A stretch of DNA of 63,320 nucleotides, counting the filler, from Octopus bimaculoides (Eukaryota): the NCBI RefSeq assembly GCF_001194135.2. It is 5 parts of 3 records of this genome, joined end to end, with 100 filler letters (N's around TTAATTAATTAA, not from the genome) between each part and the next. Parts side by side here need not be neighbours in the genome. Positions count along the whole stretch, not along the records: positions 1 to 13,881 come from NC_068985.1; 4 more parts are not named here. One strand, 5' to 3'. A program made the position numbers and the translations under genes. The notes under the pieces were generated by a model, which worked only from the letters and a program-made list of their open reading frames with translations, searched no databases and was not told the origin of the DNA. Shown in pieces: positions 1-10,419 of this stretch. Numbering within the stretch: the stretch's first letter is position 1; every line of letters starts with the position of its first letter.

Positions 1-635
1 TATGTAAATTTTACTATTGTGTCTGGGGAGAGTCATTCTTTTTGGTGCCTTATAATTTAACACACGCACCGGTAAAATTTCCTCTTATTTATTTTTTATT
101 TTTCTAAAATTTTCGTTGTCTTGCAACCTTTTCAATAGTTTTGACTCTGTCCGTTACGCACACTGCGTTCCTTTTTGTTTGTTTGTGTGCATGTGTGTGC
201 ATTAGTGTGTGTGTGCATATGTATCTGTCTGTGTGTACATTTGTATGTATATCTTCTGCATATTCATGTGTTTGTATGTACATGTTTGTATGTTTTATGT
301 ATGCGCGCGCGTACCTCTGTCTCCTTGTGTGTGTGTGTGTGTGTGTGCGTGTTTTGCAACTATGTACCGTGTTTGTATGTATGGATGTGCATCTCCATAT
401 GTGTCCTTGTGTGAAGTAAAGTGTATGTGTATATATGGTCATGTGTTTCAGTCTTCATTTGTGTATGTGTGCTTGTTTGTTCATATAACCTATGTAACTA
501 TGTTGATCTGTTTACTTTCATATCCATATGCTTACATACACGTGCATATACATATATATATATTCATACACCCACCCACACATACATACATCTATCTACA
601 TTTTTCATTTATGTTTTATGTAGTGTTTTTGGCAC

Positions 636-1242
636 CGAAACACTTTCAAACTTCGTATACTTGTATATTTTGTGTTATAGAACAGATAAAAAATTTTGTA
701 TTCGAAGTTATTTCATGTTAAAAATTGTCTTATTTCGATAATTTCAACCAATCACTGACGTCTATTCAGTTGAATACAGTTACTGCTGTGGCGGTGTATA
801 TGGTATTAATCCCTGTTAGTTCTGACATTTCCGATTAACTAGACTGTTCGTAAACACGTGTGTTGCTTATGTTTTCAATTAGCGAAAAATTGTTACAAAC
901 ACAGATACGCACAGCGTAATTAATTATATAAACAATATATGCGTATAAATTACCATTTTTCTGTAATTTTGTCTGCTTCAAAAGAAAACAAACCAAAAAA
1001 AAACCGGATGAAATATGTCAACAGGGAATAACAGTTTTGTCACCGGCAAAAAAATTATTGTTTACAAAACAGCAGTAACTGTATTCAGCTGAATAGACGT
1101 CAGTGATTGGTTGAAATTACAGAAATACGACAACTTTAACATGAAATAACTTGCGATGTACAATTTTTTGTTAAGAAGGCTAAGAGAAAAAGTTGTTTTA
1201 TATGACACATTCTACCAGTGTCCCAAGTTTGAAAGTGTTTCG
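636..1242. repeat. Foldback / MITE-like element with long inverted arms
   Basis: Arm 636-789 is the reverse complement of 1069-1242 (shared aaccaatcactgacgtctattcag.tgaatacagttactgctgt and gaaacactttcaaactt). A related fragment lies at about 56230-56330. Confidence 0.7.
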
Positions 1243-1295
1243 TTAAGAAAACAAATGTTGCCCGTCAAACCAAAAAGATCCTGTAAATGAATACA

Positions 1296-1395
1296 TGTGC
1301 GCGCGCGCAAATTAGTTCATGCGCGCACGCAAATTAGTTCATGCGCGCACGCAAATTAGTTCATGCACGCACGCAAATTAGTTCATGCGCGCACG
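1296..1395. repeat. ~22-bp minisatellite (gcgcgcacgcaaattagttcat)
   Basis: About four tandem copies visible. Confidence 0.85.
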
Positions 1396-1461
1396 CACGC
1401 TCTTTTAACGGCTGAAATGGCTGAATATATATCAAAAATACCCTTTGTTTGTAAACAAATA

Positions 1462-1790
1462 TAATTAAACAAAGTAAATAATTTTTTTTAAAACAAAGTA
1501 AATAATTTTTTTTTAAACAAAGTAAATAATTTTTTTTGAACAAAGTAAATAATTTTTTTTTAAACAAATTAAATAATTTTTTTTTAAACAAAGTAAATAA
1601 TTTTTTTAAAATTAAATTTTTTTTTCTAAACAACGTTTATAAATAAAAAAACAAATCGACACACTACCTGCAAATTATACCTTTTTTTTGTAAACAAATG
1701 TAATACTTAAACAAAGTAAATAATTTTTTTTTAAACAAAGTAAATAATTTTTTTTTAAACAAAGTAAATAATTTTTTTTCTAAACAACGT
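1462..1790. repeat. ~24-bp minisatellite (ttaaacaaagtaaataattttttt) in two blocks
   Basis: Repeated units with variable T-run length; explains the low-complexity ORF 1361-1633. Confidence 0.85.
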
Positions 1791-2169
1791 AAATAAATAA
1801 AAAAAAACAAATCGACACATTACCTATTTTTGTTAACTTCTAAACAACGTAAAAAACCCCCCAAAAAACAAATCAAATAAAAATAACACACTACGCGCAC
1901 ATGTATACATTTGCATACGCGCACTCGCACGCGCGCGCACGCGTACTTGTTATAGGATCGACTACTCACGACTAGCTAGCGCGGGTGCGCGTTGGGACCA
2001 CTCTTCTGTAGTAGTACCCGGAGCTCTTCATCAGAAATATAGAAAAAGTTCACAGAAAGGAAGACGGAGAAAGAAAATCGCCAACGATACACACGTGGTC
2101 ACATATTGAAATGACTGGAAGGGAAAGGGTGAAGAAAAAGTTCTAAAACAGGAGAGTGCAAGAGAAGAA

Positions 2170-2983
2170 GGTATATGTGTGGGTATGTGCGTGCAAGTCT
2201 GTGTCTGTGTGTGTAATGATAGCACGTGTATGTGCATGTGTGTGTGCGTGTATGTATATGTTGTGTGTGTGTTTTGTGTGCAGTGTATGTGTGTGTGAAC
2301 GAGGGGTTGTATGGGGAGGTATATGTACGATTGTTTTGCGCGTGTATGCGTATGCGTGTGTATGTGTATGTGCGTGTGTATGTGTATGTGCGTGTGTATG
2401 TGTGTGCGTGTGTATGTGTGTGTATGCGGTTGTGTATACGTGTTTGTGTGGGGTTGTGAGTGTTAGGTATGTGTGCATTCGTGTGCGTGTGTGCGCATGT
2501 GTATGTGCATGTGCGTTTATATGTGTATGCGTATGTGTATGTGTGTGTATGTATATGTAATATGAGTTTGTGTATGCGTGTGTGCGTGGGGCTGTGTGTG
2601 GCGTTTGTGTAAAGGTATATGTGCGTTCCTGTGTGTATGTGCATGCGTGTGCTTACGTGCGTGTATGTGCGTGTGTGTTTGTGCCCATGTGTGTACGTGT
2701 GTACGTTTATGTGTGCGTGCGTGCGTGTATATAGGTGTGTGGGTCTGTGCGTGCGTGGGGTTGTGTGGGTTAGGTATGTGTGCATTCTTGTGAGTGTGCG
2801 TTTGTGTACGTGTGTGTGTGTGTGCGTTTGTGTACGTGTGTGTGTGTGCGTTTGTGTACGTGTGTGTGTGTGTGTGCACGCGTGTATGTGTGTGCGCGTG
2901 GATGTATGTGGGTGGGTGTGCGTGTGGGTGCGTGTGTATGCGCGTGCGCATATATATATATATGCATACATATATATATATAT

Positions 2984-3016
<33 letters not shown>

Positions 3017-3115
3017 CATACATATATGTCTACACACATACACACACACGCATGCATACACACAAACACGCACGCACACACACGCACGCACACACACACA
3101 CACACACACACACAG
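2170..3115. repeat. Compound (TG)n/(TA)n/(CA)n microsatellite field
   Basis: Direct inspection; source of many spurious HT/CV-rich ORFs. Confidence 0.95.
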
Positions 3116-3282
3116 AGTCAGTGATACCTTGCAGTACGAGTTAAATTCGTTCCATGATCTGACAGAGCTTGTTTTACGACTTGCTCGTTCACAATTCAAT
3201 TTTCCCATTTACCAGGAACGTGTTTAATATGCAAATTGCTCTATCCAGTGATGTCGCACTGCTAAACATATTGAGTATTTAA

Positions 3283-3496
3283 CCTTTTTGTTACTGTATT
3301 TATTTTAAGATGCTCTGTGTTTCTTTCAATTACTTTAAATATAACAAAAAATTTAGTAAAATAACTTAGTTATCATTAAGCTAGTGTTAGGAACATAAAT
3401 TGTGACTAAGGTTTGGTGGAAAATTTTAATTCAAAACTTATGAAAACAAGACATTTGTACTCAGAGCCAGTTTCAGCCAGGTTAGTAATGAAAGGG
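3283..3496. mobile_element. piggyBac-type MITE (~214 bp)
   Basis: TTAA left, CTAA (mutated TTAA) right; TIR cctttttgttact / rc ccctttcattact; no coding capacity. Confidence 0.65.
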
Positions 3497-4036
3497 CTAA
3501 ACAATGTGTTCATGGACAGTTGATGGGTTGGATTTGATACTGATGAAAGAGCAGTAACCCTTGAAATATGCATATACACCCAATACCTGTTTTTTCTATC
3601 TTCAATTGCATTGTTTACACACATGTATTTGTTTACAAAATATCAGAACTTGTAGTAATGGCTCTGAGTTCTTTAGAAAATCTATAAAATTAAAATGTTT
3701 TACTTGGATACTCTGAGGCATTTTAGAGAGAGGGTGTAATAGAAGATACTTCAAGTATTAACTCTTTGTTGTATTTTGTTTTCCTCTGCATTTTTCTGAT
3801 TTCCTGTGTCTAGTATTTTATTATTTATCCTCTATACTGCTCTATCTTATATACTTGCTCTTCATAATTTCACCATGATAAAACTTGTTGTTAAGTGGGT
3901 TCCTGTTTTTGCAAAGACAAGTTCCTATGATTAATGTCAAATTATTTTATACATTGTATTATTTTGCATCATGGACTTCATGCTCCTTATTTGTAAAAAT
4001 CGTTTCTATCAATATTCATCCTTTTCTTTGTAGATA

Positions 4037-4091
4037 ATGGAATTCAGTCTGTTACATTTGAAATATTTGTTAATTGTACAATGCTTTTGTG
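4037..4091 (+). CDS. First coding exon (signal peptide) of an Ig-domain protein: MEFSLLHLKYLLIVQCFC
   Basis: Acceptor cttttctttgtag ends at 4033, ATG at 4037, donor G|gtaagt at 4092. 18 mostly hydrophobic codons plus 1 nt; phase 1 matches the exon at 7103. Confidence 0.7.
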
Positions 4092-4151
4092 GTAAGTAAC
4101 AGTATGTTTCTGATATAAACACTTGTTTTCAGAATTTTCAGTCATCATATA

Positions 4152-4941
4152 CGAGGGGGTACCCAAAAAACCCAGAATTTTGCAGTGTTATTTTATTCAC
4201 TTGGTTTTATATGTTTACACTTTTATTGCATCTCCTTCAAAGTATTCTCCATTTGAAGCAATGCATCAGTTCAGATGCATTTTCTACTGTTCAAGCAGTG
4301 CTGGAACTCTTGCGAAGTGATGCCTTTTAACGCCTTTGTCATTTTTTCTTCACCTCTTTCACATCTGCACATTCTGTAGCACAAGCTTTTGTCGCTAGTG
4401 ATGACCTTTGAAGAAAAGATCTGGATCAATTTCCATCTATTCTTTCAGTTCACGGCACACATTCAGTTGTAATTGCTTTTGATCTTCTGTGAGCAAGTGA
4501 AACTCTTTTCATCCACAAAATTCATTGACAGGAACTCTAGGATACACCAATCATATCAACATGTCTGTCCATTGTTCAGTGACAGTCCTCCAATAATGTT
4601 TACATTCGTTTGTTAGTCTCCAAGCGACAAGTGACCATTCCTAAAGTGTGGAAACCACTCATAAACTTGTGTTTTGCTCATAGCATCATCCTTGTAAGTT
4701 GTTTGAAGCATTACAACTGTTTCAGCTACCATATTCCCCAGTCAAAAACAGAATTTCACAAAAGTCAATGAACAGGGGAGAAGCCCTGCAACACAAAGAT
4801 GCACCATGTGGCAGTACAACCTCTCTAGATGATGCCAGTCAGCAGACTGATGTCTTAGGACTGCATCAAGTGGCGGAAGCCCAAACTACAACAGGTTTGT
4901 CCTACAGAGAATGTTTCCGGTTACTTTTGGGTACTCCCTCA
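4152..4941 (-). mobile_element. Internally deleted mariner element
   Basis: TIRs cgagggggtacccaaaa / rc tgagggagtacccaaaag with TA flanks. Minus-strand remnants VKFCF..AETVVMLQTTYKDDAMSKTQVYEWF and KVITSDKS (first catalytic D region). Confidence 0.8.
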
Positions 4942-5095
4942 TATTTTTGTATCCACTGATAGATTGTAGAATTTAATCATAAAAAACTTTTGTTTAATCC
5001 TAAGGCCAGCACTGATCAAGCAGAATTATGTTTATAGGTATTGCATATGTGGGTATCTCGTACTATTCTTCCAGCTGCTGTGTGTATGCGCAGAC

Positions 5096-5452
5096 ATGGC
5101 TAGGTGCAAGCTGTGTGGTAAGGAGCCTGGTTCTCAATCATATGGTTTCAAGTTCAGTCTCACTCCATGAAACTTTGGATGAGAGTCTTCTACAATAGTC
5201 TCTGAACAACCAAAGCCTTCTGAGTGGATCTGGCAGACAGAAACAATACCATGATGATAGCACTGACAACAGCTCCAACAACACCAGGTCTTAGTTTGTT
5301 TACATCCCTGAATCTTAGCAGTTTGATATAAGAGACTGATAAAATAAATACCAGGCATTTAAAAAAAAAGCACTGGGGTTGATTCATTCAGCTAAAACCT
5401 CTCAAGAAGGTCCTCCAGCATGGATGCAGACCAATGACAGAACCAAGTAAAA
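5096..5452 (+). mobile_element. Old SINE family A copy. Partial copies also at 19900-20085, 20488-20822, 33425-33600, 42425-42530, 43030-43190, 56395-56590, 63030-63220
   Basis: Diverged head and tail motifs recognisable by eye. Confidence 0.7.
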
Positions 5453-5474
5453 ACACACATACACAGACACAGAG

Positions 5475-5564
<90 letters not shown>

Positions 5565-7102
5565 ACAGGTATATATGAATGTGGGTATTTGTGTGAGTTA
5601 ATATTCTCATCTTGCCTTCACGTGTTTTCACTTCCTGGCTATAAACAATGACTCTGCTGATGGTGTTGTTTGCTGGTAGTCCACTGCAAAAGCATGACTA
5701 GACATCTTAAATCATTGTGCAATCTTTGAGAAGAAAAGGCTCATTCATATGCACTGTTTATTTCCAGTTCTCTGTGTAGACATTCCCCAAAAAGATTATT
5801 ACCTCGCCTGGAAACAAGTGGGCGTTAGTGGCAAAGAGGACATCCAGCCATAGAAAAAGTTGACTCGTACAAGCAGGCAAAAGTAAATGTTAAAATGAAG
5901 ATAATGACAACGATGATGGTGATGGCAAGAACGATGAGGGTGATGATGATATATTCTGCTGAATATAGAATTTGTAAAGAGTGAGAGTAAAGCAAAATGT
6001 AGAAAAAAACATGAAAAATATATTAAAACTTTCCATACAAATGTTATAATGGAAAAGGATGTTTAGGAAAATTAAGTTGACTACTAGATTCTTGATGTCA
6101 TTAGTTTATGAACGATCATTGCTATGATTAACTATATCAATAATGACTATTACTGAAATATCTTTCAAATTCTCAAAACTTCATTTTTTTCATTAATTCT
6201 GCAATTAATGTTGTCATAGTTATCAATCTTATAGCTCTATTGTTTGAAAACTCTGGTTGTAGGAAAAATAAAAATGCAGTGATGTAATTATCTCTAGTTC
6301 ATTTCTATTGTTGATGTCTTAAGTTTTATCTTATATATTAGCGAAGTGAGGACTGAAAATATAGTCTTAGAAAGTTCTAATTATGTCAGTAAATATTTCA
6401 ATTTCTAATATCAGTGTTAATTCTTGGTAATGGTAAAAAAATTACAAACCTTTTAATATTTTAATTATCTTTCTCATCATTCAATCCATTGCTAGTCTTC
6501 ATTCAGATTTTGCCCTTTTAAATATATTAAATAAAATCTTTCAAATTTTAAAAACTAAATGTGGATACAAATGCAGATATCACAGAAAACTGAATGAAAT
6601 GTTAGTGACTAACTGTACTGAGAGTATTTAGATAAAGTCCAGGAATCAAATACCTTCTTACTATTATTCCTCCTGATCACAAGATACCATTATACTATTT
6701 AAGTCATTGGCAGCAAGCTGATGCCTTAGGTATCATCTATGATATATAGATATGATTCCTACTTGGTTCCCAAATTTTATACTCTTTGAAATATCCTCTG
6801 TAACTCTATTTACAATTAATTCTTAATAATACATAAAAAGGAACTTTTCAATCAATCCTCATAATTTTGATTTATTTTAAATTGTTGTTCTTCCATTAGA
6901 AAAATCACATCTTGGAATAACAAAGTAGTAATTAAATGATATATATATATATATATATANNNNNNNNNNNNNNNNNNNNNNNNNNNNNNNNNNNNNNNNN
7001 NNNNNNNNNNNNNNNNNNNNNNNNNNNNNNNNNNNNNNNNNNTATATACATATATATATATGTGTATGTGTGTTTTATATTTTATATTTTCATTTCCTTC
7101 AG

Positions 7103-7384
7103 TTTCTCTTCGAACAATTGATGATGATGTGAAATTTGTCAGGAAAAATCAACCAGTAACTTTTGAATGTCCTATTGCAAAACAAGAAATTTTCAAGTGG
7201 CAAATTGGATTTAAAAAAATTGAAAATTCTACATGGTCACCTGTTAAAACTAAAGAGTTTGAAGCAAATGTGCTTTCTGGGGAAGTCAACATCTTAAACA
7301 TCACACTTCTTTCAAATAGTGATTTAAAATTTAGTTGTCAGAGCACTAACGAGAAGATAATATTTGAAGCAATACCATTATTCA
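7103..7384 (+). CDS. Ig-like domain exon (SLRTIDDDVKFVRKNQPVTFECPIAKQEIFKWQIGF...LNITLLSNSDLKFSCQSTNEKIIFEAIPLF)
   Basis: Acceptor catttccttcag, donor A|gtaagt, 282 nt open, symmetric phase 1-1. Ig hallmarks: B-strand Cys, C-strand Trp, LxI, DxKFSC; N-glycosylation sequons NST and NIT. Confidence 0.8.
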
Positions 7385-8373
7385 GTAAGTACCAAATATA
7401 AATCATTTGTATGTATTTTCCTATTATCTATTATGATCATGAACATAACATATTTCTCTAAACACTAACTGTGAGTTTCAGTCAATTCATAAAATCTGAT
7501 AGCTGTAACAAATACTGCCAATAATATTTTAATGCTTATGACCTTCTTCCTTACATCATTCCAATATTATTGAAATAGCAATATTATGGTTGAGATTATA
7601 TGTTTGATTTGTAGAAGGGAGACTTAGTTGCTAGCATAAATTGTTCTTGGTTTAATGAAATGAACAAAATTAATAATTGTCCTAAAAATCTGAGAAATGT
7701 TATTGTTATTAGAAATGAACATTCTTTTAATGCATTAACCTCATCTTTAGAGTGTATACCGGTTGGATTTCTGATTGTTGTCAGAAATATTCTTGAATAT
7801 GCACTCACAAACACACATGTATATCCTCATTGTCGTTGTCATCATCATCATCATCTGTCTGTTTTCCATGCTGGATGGATTGACAGGAGCTGGCATGGAT
7901 GGAAGTTATACCATGCTTCATTGTCTGTTTTGGCTCAGTCTCTACAGCTGAATTTCATTTTGTAGATAAATATTTACCTACAAAATGAAACTTGAAATTT
8001 TGAAAAAATATTGTGTGGTGTGTCAGTATATATCTATGCATGTCACTAATCTTTCTTTCTTTCTTTTTACAATAAATTCCAATATAATCATAATCTACAC
8101 ACTCTGAAAGGCATTAGCAGAAGATATGCAAGAATAACAGTTTTTCTGAAAGTTGTAGAAACAAAGATGACACACATGAATTTTCCAAAGCTCTCCTCAC
8201 TATCCCTATAAAAATATTTTCATAAAAATTCTTATGTTATTGGAATCTGTACCATATGCAAAACCTAGTCCAGTTTTGAACACTTCACCCCCACCGGCTA
8301 CTGTATATCATTGCACATGTGTTACCAGAAGTTCATAATATACTTGTACTTTTTAAATCATGTCAAGATATAC

Positions 8374-8413
<40 letters not shown>

Positions 8414-8709
8414 GATGACAATTCTCCGCAGTGATGTGCATAAATATAAACTTGTTACCAGTTCAAATATGCCTGAGGTATATTTGAAACCATAAGAAAG
8501 TCATTCACTGTATCTTGTCATGGAAAAAATTTCTTGCTGTAGACAAATAGGTGTAAATACAGTGAGTCAGCTCATGGTACACATGGACATATGCACGCAC
8601 ACACGCACATACGCACCCACACACATGCACCCACACACATGCACACAAACACATGCATGCATGTGTGTGCATGTAAATATAGATATATATATTTGCATAT
8701 TTATGTATA

Positions 8710-9095
8710 TGACAAAGTGTAAGCATCTTAAGAGGAGAATTGGGCATAAGATGCATCAGATGTGGTGTGCAACAGAGAAGACTGTTCTGGTATGGTCATG
8801 TGACACATATGGACAAGGACAGCTGTGCACAGAAGAGCTGATCTCTAACTATGGAGGGTACCTATGGCAGAGGTAGACCTAGGAAGACATGAGATGAGTT
8901 GGGGAAGCATGATCTTCAAATGTTGGGTCTCACAGAGATGATAACAAATGGTCAAGACATTTGGTAATTTGCTGTACTTGAGAAGACCTATCAAGCAAAG
9001 TGAAATCACAGTTGTGGCCAGCAACACATAGAAGGTGTCCATGGAGTAGTTGGTATTAGGAAGGGCATCCAACCATATAAACCAAGCCAAATCAG
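8710..9095 (+). mobile_element. RTE LINE 3' end with associated tail
   Basis: RRLxWYGHV..MDKDSC..GRGRPRKT-like remnants, then the aggaagggcatcca tail. Confidence 0.75.
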
Positions 9096-9190
9096 ACTGG
9101 TTATGTGTATGTATGTATGTGTGTATATGGGTGCACATATACATACATGTGTGTGTGTTTTGATCCCGGTCCGTTTGTGTAAGACCAGTG

Positions 9191-9333
9191 CACTGGACAT
9201 TTTGCAAACGACCTTATGCAAATAAATCGTAGTTCCCACATAGTTAAATGGGCTTACATGACTTCTTGTAAGACCATTTAGCCATGAAGGGACTAAAATT
9301 TATTTGCATAGGGTCAGTGCACAATGTCCAGTG
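9191..9333. mobile_element. Hairpin MITE (Tc1/mariner-like CACTGGAC termini)
   Basis: The left half cactggacatt...cttaca is the imperfect reverse complement of the right half tgtaag...aatgtccagtg, around an 8-nt loop; TA on the right flank. Confidence 0.65.
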
Positions 9334-9840
9334 TATATTTAAGACATAGTTTCTGCTAATATCATTCCTTTTGCTCGTTTGCTGTTCATGAAACAACAGC
9401 TCTTGTATCAACAGCTATTCTTCTTCTTTTTATTCAAATGTTACTTAGTCAATGTCTTTAATTTCCTCCTTCATATTCAGTATCTTGATTTCCAGCTTCT
9501 TTTCTCATTGTATAATGTTTATACGATAAATTTGCTGATTAAAATGTACCTGTGTATTAATATGGTATTAATAATTAATGATAATAATAGGTAAATATTA
9601 CTTCTTCTTGTAAGCTCATGTAGCTATGTGGAGACTAAGATTTGTTTGTGTAGGGTCTGTGCACAGTGTGCATTTTTGCACACCCACTATGAGCCTCCAC
9701 AATTTAAATTTATTTGTACATGAACTTTTTCACCTGGCAGCTAATATATTCCTGTGCTGTGTGTGGGGAATGCATATTTTTCTTACTTTCCTCTTGGTCC
9801 CATTATACCTTCATGCAGGCATCCAGTCAAAGGCATCACA

Positions 9841-10145
9841 TATGTAACATATGGTATAATTATAAATTGAGTAAATTTTAGCTATTTCTCAGCCTTAATC
9901 AATTTTCGAACCTTTTTGGGTTCTCATCAGAGATGTCTACACCATTCTGACAGTCTCCAGAGAAACAAGCAGCCAAACTGTTTATATATACTCAACAAAT
10001 GCAGCAGGTCCCTAATCTGCATACTGAAAGGGCTATACCAGCAGCCTGTCAATGGGGGTCTTAATCCACACAGTATCAAGGTATGATATAATAGATATGT
10101 AACATATATAATTATAAACAGAGCAAATTTTAGCTATTTCTCTGC
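9841..10145 (-). mobile_element. Retrozyme / Penelope pseudo-LTR-like unit: ~255-bp monomer with ~50-bp terminal direct repeat and hammerhead core
   Basis: tatgtaacatat...ttagctatttctc occurs at 9841-9890 and again at 10096-10142; the HHR motif lies next to the first copy. Confidence 0.55.
9891..9933 (-). ncRNA. Minimal type I hammerhead ribozyme motif
   Basis: Minus strand reads TCT CTGATGA GAACC CAAAAA GGTTC GAAA ATTGAT TA AGG: intact core, 5-bp stem II, near-palindromic stem III, UUA triplet, only 3-bp stem I. Confidence 0.6.
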
Positions 10146-10419
10146 TAAACTGTCCTGTGTAGCCATCCTATCCTCTCTTGCTGGTCAACCTACATGCCCT
10201 ATTCTCATACTCTCTTCATTTCTTGTTGGCTCTTGCTCTGGATGTTGCAGGGGATGGAGGAAATTGTAATTCATTGTAATTCACTGAATAAACTCTGTAC
10301 CAAAGCTCTATGCTAGCTGGCAAGCATTTTTGCAGATCTTCGTTTCAGGTGATGACCAAAGTTCCATGACTGCCTTCCCACTGTCACTCCCAAGTGCACA
10401 ATTTCTGGGCCACTACCAT

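Noticed and set aside
2099-3227. Long His/Thr- and Cys/Val-rich ORFs (up to 369 aa)
   Set aside because: Translations of CA/TG/TA microsatellites. The same applies to the X-filled ORFs spanning gaps.
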